This document shows, piece after piece, positions 41,644-50,932 of a DNA stretch of 64,000 bases. The stretch's first letter is position 1; each line of letters starts with the position of its first letter. The notes under the pieces were generated by a model that was given only the letters and a program-made list of their open reading frames with translations, was not told the DNA's origin and ran no database searches. Origin of the DNA: Candidatus Brocadiia bacterium (GTDB lineage: Bacteria > Planctomycetota > Brocadiia > CAIUPP01); the NCBI GenBank assembly GCA_050015075.1, contig JBEKCB010000013.1, positions 32,001 through 96,000 on the forward strand, read 5' to 3'. The translations under genes were made by a program, and so were the position numbers.

Positions 41644-42414
41644 TTGAAGATTTCGATTGCGTCGTATTCGTTCCACGGGCTTCTGGCCGAAGGCCGGATG
41701 AACGCCTTCACATATCTGGAGGACATGAAATACCGCTACCGGCTCAACACGGCCGACTTCTGGAACGACACCATCGGCTCCACCGACGAAGGCGTCGTCC
41801 GCAAAGTCCGCCAGGCGATGGACCAGGAGGAGATCGTCTGCGTCAACTACCACATTGACGGCGTCCACGTCTGGGACCCGAAGCCCGAGGTGCGCGAGCA
41901 GAACTACCGCAACGCCCTCGTGCACCTGCGGCTGGCCGTGCTCCTGGGCGCCAGGACGGTGCGGATAGATTTCGGCGGACGCGAGAGCGAAATGTCCAGC
42001 GAGCAGTTCGACACCATCGTCAAGCGGTTCCGCGAGTACGCCCGCTTCGCCGGCGACCACGGTTTCAAGATCGGCCCGGAGACGCACTTCGGCCCGGCCC
42101 TGGTCCCCGAGAACATGAAGCGGGTCTATGAAGCGGTGGACCACCCCGCTTACGGCATCCTGCTGCACATCCGCCACTGGGTGCCCGGCAAGAGCGACGA
42201 GGGCGACAGGATGGCCGCCCGCTGGGCCATTCACACCCACATAGACCAGGCCACCACCCGCGAGTGCCTCGAGGAGAAGATCAAGCTCCTCCTCGACGCC
42301 GGCTACCAGGGCTACTGGGGCGTCGAGCATCACACCGCGAAGAACGAGTACGCCGAGGTCGCCTGCCAGCTCGCCGAACTCGAGAAGGCCCTGATCCGTC
42401 TGGGAGCGAAGTGA
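41644..42414 (+). CDS. sugar phosphate isomerase/epimerase (xylose isomerase-like TIM barrel)
   Basis: MKISIASYSF, LGARTVRID, ETHFG, GYQGYWGVE. Confidence 0.75.
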   Translation: MKISIASYSFHGLLAEGRMNAFTYLEDMKYRYRLNTADFWNDTIGSTDEGVVRKVRQAMDQEEIVCVNYHIDGVHVWDPKPEVREQNYRNALVHLRLAVLLGARTVRIDFGGRESEMSSEQFDTIVKRFREYARFAGDHGFKIGPETHFGPALVPENMKRVYEAVDHPAYGILLHIRHWVPGKSDEGDRMAARWAIHTHIDQATTRECLEEKIKLLLDAGYQGYWGVEHHTAKNEYAEVACQLAELEKALIRLGAK

Positions 42415-42448
42415 GGCTGCTCAGCGGCGCATGATGTGATTCGGGCGA

Positions 42449-42552
42449 CTCGTCCTCGTCCTCGGCCTCGTCCTCGGCCGTTCGTTACAGATATTCGAGG
42501 CCGAGGACGACGACGAGGACGAGGACGACGACGAGGACGAGGACGAGGACGA
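42449..42552. repeat. inverted repeat with (CTCGTC)n / (GAGGAC)n arms
   Basis: Intergenic; sibling at 58316-58406. Confidence 0.85.
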
Positions 42553-42633
42553 TTGGGAGGCTGCTAAACCTGGGCGTCCAGGTGACGGCGCGATACCGTG
42601 CAGAGGTTTTCGGGAAGGAGGAGTTGGAATCCA

Positions 42634-43743
42634 ATGGACAAGATTCGGATCGGCATCATCGGCGTGGGACAGATCGGCAAGCATCACCTGCAGGAGTACG
42701 CGAAGATCCCCGCCGCGGAGGTCGTGGCGGCGGCGGACGTGAACGAGGCGGAACTCAAGAAAGTGGCCGGGGATTTCAAGATCCCGAACGTTTACACCGA
42801 TTTCCGCAAGATGCTGGCGCGCGACGACATTCAGTCCGTGGACGTGTGCCTGCACAACAATTTCCACGCGCCGATGACCATCGCGGCCCTGCGCGCCGGC
42901 AAGAACGTCTATTGCGAGAAGCCCATGGCCGGCTCCTACGCCGATGCGCAGGCCATGTTCAACGCGGCCAAAGAGACCGGCCGCAAGCTCAGCATTCAGC
43001 TCGCCACGCTGTACTCCAAGGAAACGAAAGTCGCCAAGCGCCTGATTGACCAGGGCAAGCTCGGCAAGGTCTATCACGCCCGTTCAACCGGCCATCGGCG
43101 TCGCGGCCGGCCCTACGTGGACGGCTACGGCACCGCGTCGTTCGTCAAGAAGGATATCTCCGCCGGCGGCGCGCTCTACGACATGGGCGTTTATCACATC
43201 GCCCAGATGCTCTACCTCCTGGGCCTGCCCGCCATCCAGCGCGTCAGCGGCAAGGTCTACCAGGAGATTGACATGGACGCCAACCGCCGCAAGATCAGCG
43301 GTTACGACGTCGAGGAACTCGGCCTCGGGTTCGTGAAGTTCGCCGGCGGCCTCACCCTGGACATCATCGAGTCCTGGGCGATCAACATGAACCCCTTCGA
43401 GGGCAGTTTCGTCGTCGGCAGCCTGGGCGGCGTCCGCCTGCAGCCCTTCAGCTTCCACACCACCCTCGCCGACGTGGACCAGGACTCGACCTTCGACCTC
43501 AATTACGTGGACTACCGCTGGCACCAATTGGTCGAGACCGAGCCGACCTACGCGGCCTATGACGGCTCGCAGCACCACTGGATCGCCGCCCAGCAGGGCC
43601 GAGTGCCCCTGCTCCCGACCGCCGAGCTGGCCCTTCAGACCATGCTCATCAGCGAGGCGATCTACCTCTCCGACAAGCTCGGCCACGAAGTCACCGCCGA
43701 CGAGGTCAAAGCCCAGTCCAAGTCCCTGGCGGTCAAAGTTTGA
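42634..43743 (+). CDS. Gfo/Idh/MocA oxidoreductase
   Basis: IGIIGVGQIG, CEKPMA, GGALYDMGVY. Confidence 0.92.
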   Translation: MDKIRIGIIGVGQIGKHHLQEYAKIPAAEVVAAADVNEAELKKVAGDFKIPNVYTDFRKMLARDDIQSVDVCLHNNFHAPMTIAALRAGKNVYCEKPMAGSYADAQAMFNAAKETGRKLSIQLATLYSKETKVAKRLIDQGKLGKVYHARSTGHRRRGRPYVDGYGTASFVKKDISAGGALYDMGVYHIAQMLYLLGLPAIQRVSGKVYQEIDMDANRRKISGYDVEELGLGFVKFAGGLTLDIIESWAINMNPFEGSFVVGSLGGVRLQPFSFHTTLADVDQDSTFDLNYVDYRWHQLVETEPTYAAYDGSQHHWIAAQQGRVPLLPTAELALQTMLISEAIYLSDKLGHEVTADEVKAQSKSLAVKV

Positions 43744-43775
43744 CCCGTTATCGAACAGAGCGCAAGTAATCTTTC

Positions 43776-43860
43776 ACCACGACGGCACGACGAGCACGAC
43801 GTACGGATAAGATTTGTTAACCTCTTTTTCCGTACGTCGTGCTCGTCGTGCCGTCGTGGT
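43776..43860. repeat. 85-bp ACCACGACGGCACGACG-class inverted repeat between convergent genes
   Basis: Near-perfect ~32-bp arms; same length as 3333-3417. Confidence 0.9.
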
Positions 43861-43871
43861 AAGAGCCGGCG

Positions 43872-44294
43872 TCAGCCCGCGGCGAGCGCGGTTTCGAGGA
43901 GCGAGGCGTTGGCGCCTTCGAGGGCGCGGATTTCCTCGATCATCGCGGCGAGCCGGTCGAGCAGCCGCTCGAGCTGCCAGCGGTTCGGGCATGGTGACAG
44001 CTTTCGACCCAGCACGAGCGTCTTGGCGCCTTTCATCACCGATTCGACCTGCTCGATCATCCGCAGCAGGTCCTCCTTCTCGTCGAGCAGGTCCCCGAAC
44101 CGGTCCAGGTCCCAGCCCCAGCCGTCGCAGAGCGTGTCGCGCTGCCGCCGGGTGAGCGCGCGGACGGTCGAGTAGATCTCCAGCTCCGCGCGGTAGCCGT
44201 GGACGAGCGCGTCCATCGCCGCGGTGAGATTCGCCGGCGGGTTGCACTCCGCGGTGGCCGTCGCGTGCGAGGCGCCCGATGTCTTCCGGTTCAT
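43872..44294 (-). CDS. small helical protein, FlgN/FliT-like
   Basis: E..IY..V..L...Q...L...LLDEKEDLL..I pattern; AAGGAG RBS. Confidence 0.5.
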   Translation of the reverse strand: MNRKTSGASHATATAECNPPANLTAAMDALVHGYRAELEIYSTVRALTRRQRDTLCDGWGWDLDRFGDLLDEKEDLLRMIEQVESVMKGAKTLVLGRKLSPCPNRWQLERLLDRLAAMIEEIRALEGANASLLETALAAG

Positions 44295-44307
44295 CTGGAT
44301 CTCCTTG

Positions 44308-45693
44308 CTAAGACTGCGCGGGACCCGGCGCAAGCTCGTATTCGCGGATCTTGTTGTGCAGCGTGGTGCGGTTGATGCCCAGGATCCGCGCGGCCTCGGT
44401 CTTGCGCCAGGAGGTATTCCCGAGGACCTTGCTGATGAGGCGCTTTTCCATTTCGGCGATGGAGAGGTTCCCGGTGGCGCTTTCGAGCTGCGGGTCGGCC
44501 AACTGCGGCGCGCCGGCGAAGAGGAGCGATTCGGGGCCGATCGGGGCGCCGGCGGAGAGGATGACCGCGCGCTCGATCACGTTGCGCAGCTCGCGGACGT
44601 TGCCCGGCCAGGAGTACGCCTCGAGGGCCTCGAGCGCCTCGGCGCTCAGCTCGGTGACTCTTTTGAAGAGGCTCGCGCTGAAGAACTCGACGTAGTGCCG
44701 GGCGATCGGGGCGATGTCCTCGGCCCGGTCGCGCAGCGGCGGGATCAGGATCGGGATCACGCGCAGCCGGTAGTAGAGGTCGAGCCGGAACTTGCCCTCC
44801 TGCACGAGCGTCTCCAGGTCGCGGTTGGTCGAGGCGATGATGCGGACGTCCACCTCGACGTCCTCGACCCCGCCGACGCGCTTGAAGCGCTTCTCCTGGA
44901 GCACGCGGAGCAGCTTCGCCTGCAGCGGCAGGCTCATCTCGCCGATCTCGTCGAGGAAGACGGTGCCGTCGTTGGCGACCTCGAAGAGGCCCGGCTTGCC
45001 GCTGTTGGCCGCGCCGGTGAAGGCGCCCTTCTCGTAACCGAAGATCTCCGCCTCGAGCAGCGACTCGGTCAGCGCGGCGCAGTTGATGTCCATGAAGCAC
45101 TTCTCGCGGCGGTCCGAGGCCAGGTGGATCGCGCGGGCGATCAGCTCCTTGCCCGTGCCGCTCTCGCCCTGGATCAGGACGGTGGTCGTCGGGCTGTGGG
45201 CGACCTGCTTGAGCATGCGGTAGACCGCGATCATCTTGGGGCTGGCGCCGATGAGCGTGGCGCCCGCCTCGCCCAGGCGCAGGCACTGCTCGGAGCGCAG
45301 GCGGAGCACGTCGCGCCGGAACAACTGGCGGCCGAGGGCCTTCTTCACCGAGTCGGTGAGCTGGTCAATCTTGAACGGCTTGGCGATGAAGTCGCACGCG
45401 CCCTTGCGCATCATCTCGACGGCCGCGTCCACGGTCGCCAGGCCGGTGAGCACGATCATCGGCAGCATCGGGTCGCGCTTGCGCACTTCCTCGATCAGCC
45501 GCGCGCCGTCCATCTTCGGCATGGCCAGGTCGGTCAGGACCAGGTCGGGCAGCTTCTCGTCGAGCAGCCGGAGCGCCTCTTCGCCGTCGGCGGCTTCGAC
45601 CACGTCGTGCCCGGCGCGCGCCAGCACCGTCCCGACCAGCGAGCGGAGCTGCGCGTCATCGTCCACGACCATCACGACCGCATTGGATGCCAT
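44308..45693 (-). CDS. sigma54-dependent response regulator (canonical GAFTGA)
   Basis: VVDDD/TDLAMP/AKP; GESGTGKE; GAFTGA; WPGNVRELRN; HTH. Confidence 0.95.
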   Translation of the reverse strand: MASNAVVMVVDDDAQLRSLVGTVLARAGHDVVEAADGEEALRLLDEKLPDLVLTDLAMPKMDGARLIEEVRKRDPMLPMIVLTGLATVDAAVEMMRKGACDFIAKPFKIDQLTDSVKKALGRQLFRRDVLRLRSEQCLRLGEAGATLIGASPKMIAVYRMLKQVAHSPTTTVLIQGESGTGKELIARAIHLASDRREKCFMDINCAALTESLLEAEIFGYEKGAFTGAANSGKPGLFEVANDGTVFLDEIGEMSLPLQAKLLRVLQEKRFKRVGGVEDVEVDVRIIASTNRDLETLVQEGKFRLDLYYRLRVIPILIPPLRDRAEDIAPIARHYVEFFSASLFKRVTELSAEALEALEAYSWPGNVRELRNVIERAVILSAGAPIGPESLLFAGAPQLADPQLESATGNLSIAEMEKRLISKVLGNTSWRKTEAARILGINRTTLHNKIREYELAPGPAQS

Positions 45694-45723
45694 ATCAGTG
45701 TTTCCTTCCTTGCCGGTAGAAAA

Positions 45724-45738
45724 GCAAAAGCGATGCCG
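45724..45738 (-). promoter_or_regulatory. sigma54 promoter of the regulator gene
   Basis: Minus strand CGGCATC-GCTT-TTGC(T), 30 bp before the ATG. Confidence 0.7.
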
Positions 45739-46002
45739 ACGGAAGACCTATATGGTTACGACTGGGAGATTTGCTCTAAGATGCTGTGGGTAAGTATCTT
45801 ACGTATAATAGTATTATCGCAAGATAACAAAATGGTTCGGGCGCTAACGGCAGAGGAATTATCAACCTGGAATCGTTCCATGTCGTCCCGAGCGGTGAGC
45901 CAGATATAACATACTGTTGCACAACTAGATACGTATAGAAGATTTGCAATAGCATCTATTATCAACTCGGAACGCATCGGCGAGTGAAGCGATCGTTTTC
46001 AA

Positions 46003-46042
46003 TGTCGCTCTATCGCATCATCGGTGTTGATTTTAATGGACA
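46003..46042. promoter_or_regulatory. pair of TGT-N12-ACA boxes
   Basis: TGTCGCTCTATCGCATCA 46003-46020; TGTTGATTTTAATGGACA 46025-46042. Confidence 0.6.
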
Positions 46043-46145
46043 GATATCTGGTACGCAAAGTCGGAGCAAGTTAAGCCTGCGTAGTAACTGGTTGTATTAC
46101 AGCATGTTGCAGCAAGGCGCGTGCTGGCCAGGTTTGTGTCTTTTC

Positions 46146-46160
46146 GGGCACGTAGTTTGC
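46146..46160 (+). promoter_or_regulatory. sigma54 promoter
   Basis: GGGCACG-TAGT-TTGC(T). Confidence 0.75.
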
Positions 46161-46206
46161 TTAATGTCTTCCGACCGCCAGCAGCACCAGAAGTGAGACT
46201 CAGCAA

Positions 46207-46725
46207 GTGAGCAGATTTTGGCTGGACCCTATTCCGTACGGCGATAACGGGATCGTTCCCGTTTCGCTGCCGCGCGTTGACCAATGCCAGGAAGTCTTCA
46301 ACGCCACGGTGAGCCCGTGGCTCGGCTACGACTGTGCGCAGACATTTGTCGCCGGAATTTCGGGCATGCTCCGCCGTATCGAATTGAACTTGTCGGTTTC
46401 AGATGAGTCGAGCTCGGCGCGCGTGGCCATCTGGAAGGCCGCCGAGGGACTTCCGGCGCAGGAATTCGACGATTTCCTCGGACTGACGGAGCTGGTCCGC
46501 CCGCTGTCGGACGGCTGGAACGTTTTCCATCCGCCGTCCGGCGTCATCGCCATCACCGCCGGGCAGCAGTACGCCCTCGTCCTGGAGACGACGACTGTCT
46601 GCGACTGGCGCGTGAAGGTCGAAGGAAGGCTTCCGCGCAGCGGCGCGCTCTGCCAGTGCTTCGGCACGCGCGGCTGGGAAGTCATGTGGCCGGCCGCCAC
46701 CGCGGCGTTCCGCACCTACGTGTGA
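46207..46725 (+). CDS. hypothetical beta-rich protein
   Basis: Follows a sigma54 promoter; AQTFVAGISGMLRRIEL, GQQYALVL; high-GC codon pattern. Confidence 0.65.
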   Translation: MSRFWLDPIPYGDNGIVPVSLPRVDQCQEVFNATVSPWLGYDCAQTFVAGISGMLRRIELNLSVSDESSSARVAIWKAAEGLPAQEFDDFLGLTELVRPLSDGWNVFHPPSGVIAITAGQQYALVLETTTVCDWRVKVEGRLPRSGALCQCFGTRGWEVMWPAATAAFRTYV

Positions 46726-46817
46726 CCGCCTCTTTCCGCAACTGAACGATCCTGCCTTATCAGATTGCCGATTGTGACCTCACCCGGTCAATCGGCAATC
46801 GCCTCGGCGCCCTCATT

Positions 46818-46832
46818 CGGCACGCTAATTGC
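46818..46832 (+). promoter_or_regulatory. sigma54 promoter
   Basis: CGGCACG-CTAA-TTGC(A). Confidence 0.75.
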
Positions 46833-47053
46833 AATTCTCCCCAACGACGCCAACGCAGTTCAACCGGCGCACATCAGCCTTCTGAAGCATGCCGGTTTAA
46901 CAGACTGCGGCAAAAGGAGTTGTGACTTGAGATCGGACACTGCATCCGCCATGGTATTGTCCCAGCATTGGACAAGAACGAGTTTTAGTGTGCCTTTTCA
47001 AGTCAGGTTGAGATCCACTGAGACATCCGGTTTTCTTTCAGGAGTAAGGCACC

Positions 47054-49393
47054 ATGCATCCCAGTGATTTTGCACTGCTGGTTCGATCGGACGCGGTGGA
47101 CGCGGCCCGGAAGACTTCAAAGCCGGCCAGCTCGCTGATCCATAATCACTCCACCCTTGAAGGACTGCTCTACCCGATCGTGATCGTCAACCAGCAGGGG
47201 AACATCTGCTTCATGAACAGCGCAGCCCGGCACCTGCTCGCCGAAGGACTCGACGCGCGGCTGGCGGCGCACGTCCGCAACCATCCGGAGATGGGGCCGA
47301 TCACCCAGGTGCACTTCAAGCTCCAGAACGGGCACGACCTGATTCTCAAGGTCCGCCTCGGCGAGATCGAATGGCTCGGCGAAAAGGCCATGCAGGTCTC
47401 GATCTCGAACGTGACGCCGTATCTGGTCATGATCCAGGAACTGCAGAAAGAGCGCGCGACGCCGAAGCAGGCGCCGGAGGAACCCGCGGCCCGGCAGCCC
47501 GAGGCGGAGCAGCCGCCCGCCGCGCCCAGCGAGGCGCTGGCCAAGCTCCAGGCGGAACTTGCGGACGAGTCTGCCGCCCGCGCCAAGGCGCAGGAAAACG
47601 CCCGCGCCGTGCAGGAGAAACTGGACCACGTCACGCAGGAAAACGCCCGGCTTCAATCGGACCTGGCCCGGGTCGCGCGCGAGAGCGAGGAATCGAAAGC
47701 GTCTCAGACTGCCGAACTGGAGCAGGCCCGCTCGGAACTTAAGCTGGAAGCGGGCAAATCGGCCGAAGCCTCTCGGCCATGGGAAACCGAGCGCTCGGGG
47801 CTCGTCTCCGGCGCCGCCGCGCTGGCCGCGTCGCTCGAACTGGCGCATCAACAGACCGAGGCGGAAGCCTCGCAGCGCCGGCAAGCCCAAGCCGATCTCG
47901 AGAAGGCCCGCGCCGCCGCGTCCGCGTCCGAGCAGGCCCAGTCCGCGCTGAACCAGGAACTGGAGGCGCTCCGGCGCGACCTGAAGCAGCGCATCGCCCG
48001 CGAAGAAGAGCAATCCGCGCAGGCCGAGACGCTCCAATCCGAACTCTCCGCCGCCGTCGCCGAGCGAGCCGGGCTCGTCTCCGGCGCCGCCGCGCTGGCG
48101 GCGTCGCTCGAACTGGCGCACCAGCAGACCGAGGCGGAAGTCGCGCAGCGCCGGCAAGCGCGGGCCGACCTCCAGAAAGCCCGCGCCGCTGCGGCCGCAT
48201 CCAAGCAGGCCCATTCCAAGCTGCGGCAGGAATGGCAGGCGCTCCAGCGCGAGATGGAGCAGCTCACCGTCCGCGCCGAGGAGAAATCCGCGCAGGTCGC
48301 GAAGCTCCTCGAAGAGAACAAGCGTCTGGCGCAGGACCTCGCCGACCGCGCCCGGAGCGAAAGCGAATTGACCGCCGCGCGCGATGCCCTCCGATCCGAA
48401 CTCTCCGCCGCCACGGCCGAGCGCGAGGAATTGCGACGCGAGATCACCGAGCTGCGGCAGCACCTGGCCGCCGCAGAACAGGCCCGGTCGGAGCAGGCCG
48501 AGACGTTAGAGAAGCTGAAAGGCGAAGCCCAGGGCCATGCCGAGGCGCTGGCCCGCGCGCGCGAGGAAGCGGCCGAAGCCGCCAGGCTCGCGGAGGCCCA
48601 GGAGGCCAAAGCCGCAGAGGCGGAGAAGCAGGCCGCTTCGAAAGCGCAGGAACTGGAACAGGTGCGCGGCGAATTGAGCCGCAGCAAGGACGAAGCCCAG
48701 TCCTCGGAGAAAGCCTGGGTGCAGGAGCGCGCCGAGCTTGAACGCAGTGCGCATGAAGGCCTGGAACAGGAGGCCGCGCAAACGGCGGATGAACTGCGGA
48801 GCTTGCGCCTGAAGCTCCATGCGGAAGTCCAGGGGCGGCGGCTCGCGCAGGAGAAGATGGCGCAATTTCAACAGGAGATGGCCGCCTACCGGCAGACCCA
48901 GAAGAACCCGGCCGCGCTGCGCGAGACGGAAGAGCGGCTCACCAAGCGGGTCCAGGATATGGCCGTGGCGGAGGAGCAAGTCCGCAAGCTTGCCGAGGAG
49001 TTGCGCATCGCCCGCGAGGCGAATATCGAGCAGGACGAGCGCGTGCGCAAGCTGCGCTTTCTCACGAGCGAGTTGAAGAAGAAGAACGAGGTCCTGGCCG
49101 CGGACGCGCAGGCGCGCGCACAGGAGCAGGCCCTGCTTCAAAGCAAGCTTCACGAGGAGACGGCGGGGCGCCTGGCGGCCGAGGTGGAAATCGAACGGCT
49201 TCACCGGCAACCGGCGCCGGCGAAAGCGCAGGAACCGGCGTCTGAAGAGATTGATGCCGATTTCATCGCGGACCTGCGCCAGGAGATCCAGGCCGCTTTG
49301 AAAGCCACCGCGTCCAATCACTCGGGCGCGCCTGCGCCTGCCGGGCCGCGCGGAATGATGCCCCGAGCCGGGGCGGCTCAGCGGCGGCCTTGA
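47054..49393 (+). CDS. PAS-like N-terminus plus long coiled-coil protein
   Basis: PIVIVNQQGNICFMNSAARHLL..IEWLGEKAMQVSISNVT (PAS-like), then a long E/A/Q/R/L-rich heptad region. Confidence 0.8.
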   Translation: MHPSDFALLVRSDAVDAARKTSKPASSLIHNHSTLEGLLYPIVIVNQQGNICFMNSAARHLLAEGLDARLAAHVRNHPEMGPITQVHFKLQNGHDLILKVRLGEIEWLGEKAMQVSISNVTPYLVMIQELQKERATPKQAPEEPAARQPEAEQPPAAPSEALAKLQAELADESAARAKAQENARAVQEKLDHVTQENARLQSDLARVARESEESKASQTAELEQARSELKLEAGKSAEASRPWETERSGLVSGAAALAASLELAHQQTEAEASQRRQAQADLEKARAAASASEQAQSALNQELEALRRDLKQRIAREEEQSAQAETLQSELSAAVAERAGLVSGAAALAASLELAHQQTEAEVAQRRQARADLQKARAAAAASKQAHSKLRQEWQALQREMEQLTVRAEEKSAQVAKLLEENKRLAQDLADRARSESELTAARDALRSELSAATAEREELRREITELRQHLAAAEQARSEQAETLEKLKGEAQGHAEALARAREEAAEAARLAEAQEAKAAEAEKQAASKAQELEQVRGELSRSKDEAQSSEKAWVQERAELERSAHEGLEQEAAQTADELRSLRLKLHAEVQGRRLAQEKMAQFQQEMAAYRQTQKNPAALRETEERLTKRVQDMAVAEEQVRKLAEELRIAREANIEQDERVRKLRFLTSELKKKNEVLAADAQARAQEQALLQSKLHEETAGRLAAEVEIERLHRQPAPAKAQEPASEEIDADFIADLRQEIQAALKATASNHSGAPAPAGPRGMMPRAGAAQRRP

Positions 49394-49399
49394 TCCATT

Positions 49400-50182
49400 T
49401 CAGCGGCCGAGGATCTCGCGCACGAGCGCGGCGTTCTCCTCGACCACGCCGTCCTTATCGCCGCGGTGCATGCCGACGTTCACCACGTCGGCCGGCTTGA
49501 TGTTCTCGAAGGCGTACTCGAACGCCATGCGCGGGTCCAGCCGCCCCGAGCCCATGATTTTGTACGCGATGCACGGCTTCCGGATGCGGCGGACGCAGGC
49601 GACCGCCGGCGCGACGTCGCTCAGCCTGAACTTGTCCCCTTTTCCGGCGTGCAGGCTGCCGCAGTTGAAGAAGCAGACGGCGTGGAAGTCGGCGACGCCC
49701 AGTTCGTCCGCCCAGAAATGCACCTCCGGCGCGTGGCCGCCCACGCCGGCCGGCACGCCCAGCAAGCGCGCGCGTTCGCACCAGCCGCGGACCTTCGCCT
49801 CGTCCTTCTGCTGGTAAGCCTCGTCCACCAGCCCGCCATGGAAATACATCGCGCGGCACCCGATCCGCACCGCCTCGTCAATCGCCTCCTCCATGCTCTG
49901 ACCGGGGCGGAAGGCGATCTGGGCGATCCACTGGAGCGCGCCGCCGGCGCTGCGATACTCCCGCACCGCCTGGAGGACGTTCGGGGTGGTGTTGTTGGTC
50001 ACCATCGTATTGATGCCGGCCGCCTCCGCGCGGTCCCAGGTCTCGCGGATCCGAGCGACGGTGTAGTAAGCGAGCATCGCCTGGTCGCGCTGGGGGCTCT
50101 GGTGGCTGTACCCGGCGAACGGATTCGCGCCCAGGACGAGCCGCGTGACCTTCAACCCGCAGAAATCCACGCACGGTAGCAT
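49400..50182 (-). CDS. aldo/keto-reductase-like TIM-barrel protein
   Basis: GLKVTRLVLGANPFAGYSH, KPCIAYKIMGSGR. Confidence 0.6.
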   Translation of the reverse strand: MLPCVDFCGLKVTRLVLGANPFAGYSHQSPQRDQAMLAYYTVARIRETWDRAEAAGINTMVTNNTTPNVLQAVREYRSAGGALQWIAQIAFRPGQSMEEAIDEAVRIGCRAMYFHGGLVDEAYQQKDEAKVRGWCERARLLGVPAGVGGHAPEVHFWADELGVADFHAVCFFNCGSLHAGKGDKFRLSDVAPAVACVRRIRKPCIAYKIMGSGRLDPRMAFEYAFENIKPADVVNVGMHRGDKDGVVEENAALVREILGR

Positions 50183-50241
50183 ATCGGCATCCTACCACAC
50201 CGGCGGTCCTTTTCCCAGGCAGACCCGCGCCGCGAAATTCC

Positions 50242-50270
50242 TTGAATCGGCTTTTGCAGGCTGCTATACT
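50242..50270 (+). promoter_or_regulatory. sigma70 promoter
   Basis: TTGAAT-N17-TATACT. Confidence 0.55.
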
Positions 50271-50486
50271 TTCAGTGTGGGGTGTGGAATGGGGAAAATC
50301 GGCAAATCGGAGAGGGGGTTCCGTCGGCACTGATCCACTTCCATCGTGCGCGTACGCAGGAAGGAGGCCCGCGTGAGCCAAAGCTGAGGTCGCCGTCGCA
50401 CTCCTGCGACTTGGGCGGCTGAGGGCAGCCGCCGCTGAGGCATTTTCCGCAGGGGTTATGGGTAATTTGCCATCATGGAGGGCACG

Positions 50487-50669
50487 ATGAAGAAGACCGA
50501 TCTTCGCAAAGTTCTGGCCGCAGTGACGGTGGTGAGCGTGGCGGCGGGCCTCGTCCTCGCGGGCGGCTGCAAGAGCAGTTGCAGCGGCGGATCGTGCAGC
50601 GGCGGCAAACCCGCCACGACCGATACTACGCAGCCGAAGAGTTCCTGCTCCGGCGGCACCGCCAAGTAA
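50487..50669 (+). CDS. 60-aa Cys-containing lipoprotein with SCSGG repeats
   Basis: GGAGG RBS; MKK..LAGG-C lipobox; KSSCSGGSCSGG...KSSCSGG. Confidence 0.75.
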   Translation: MKKTDLRKVLAAVTVVSVAAGLVLAGGCKSSCSGGSCSGGKPATTDTTQPKSSCSGGTAK

Positions 50670-50767
50670 TCGCGCGGGCTGGGAGCCGTTCTCGAGACCT
50701 CGCGCCCTGCAAGGCGATGCCGTGGAGCAGGGCGCGAGGTTTTCGCTTCGACTCGCGTCTTCGTAAC

Positions 50768-50792
50768 GTCATTCCCGCGCAAGCGGGAATCC
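50768..50792. repeat. GTCATTCCCGC-N4-GCGGGAATCC REP-like palindrome
   Basis: GTCATTCCCGCGCAAGCGGGAATCC. Confidence 0.7.
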
Positions 50793-50932
50793 ACTTTTTC
50801 GTTGTGCGGCCTGGCCGCCGCAGGCAGGGAGTGAAAAGGCGCCTTTTTCAGCAGGCCCACGATCCCCCACACATTTATTGCAGAGATGACGACCGCCCGC
50901 CTTAGCAGTTCCACCGATTCAGGGCCCCACGC

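Noticed and set aside
42421-43077. Poly-Ser ORF (and the poly-Asp/Glu extension at 58223)
   Set aside because: These are produced by the GAGGAC intergenic repeats.
50277-50470. c-di-GMP-I riboswitch or 6S RNA
   Set aside because: GGCAAA is present, but the rest of the riboswitch consensus and the long 6S rod are not evident.
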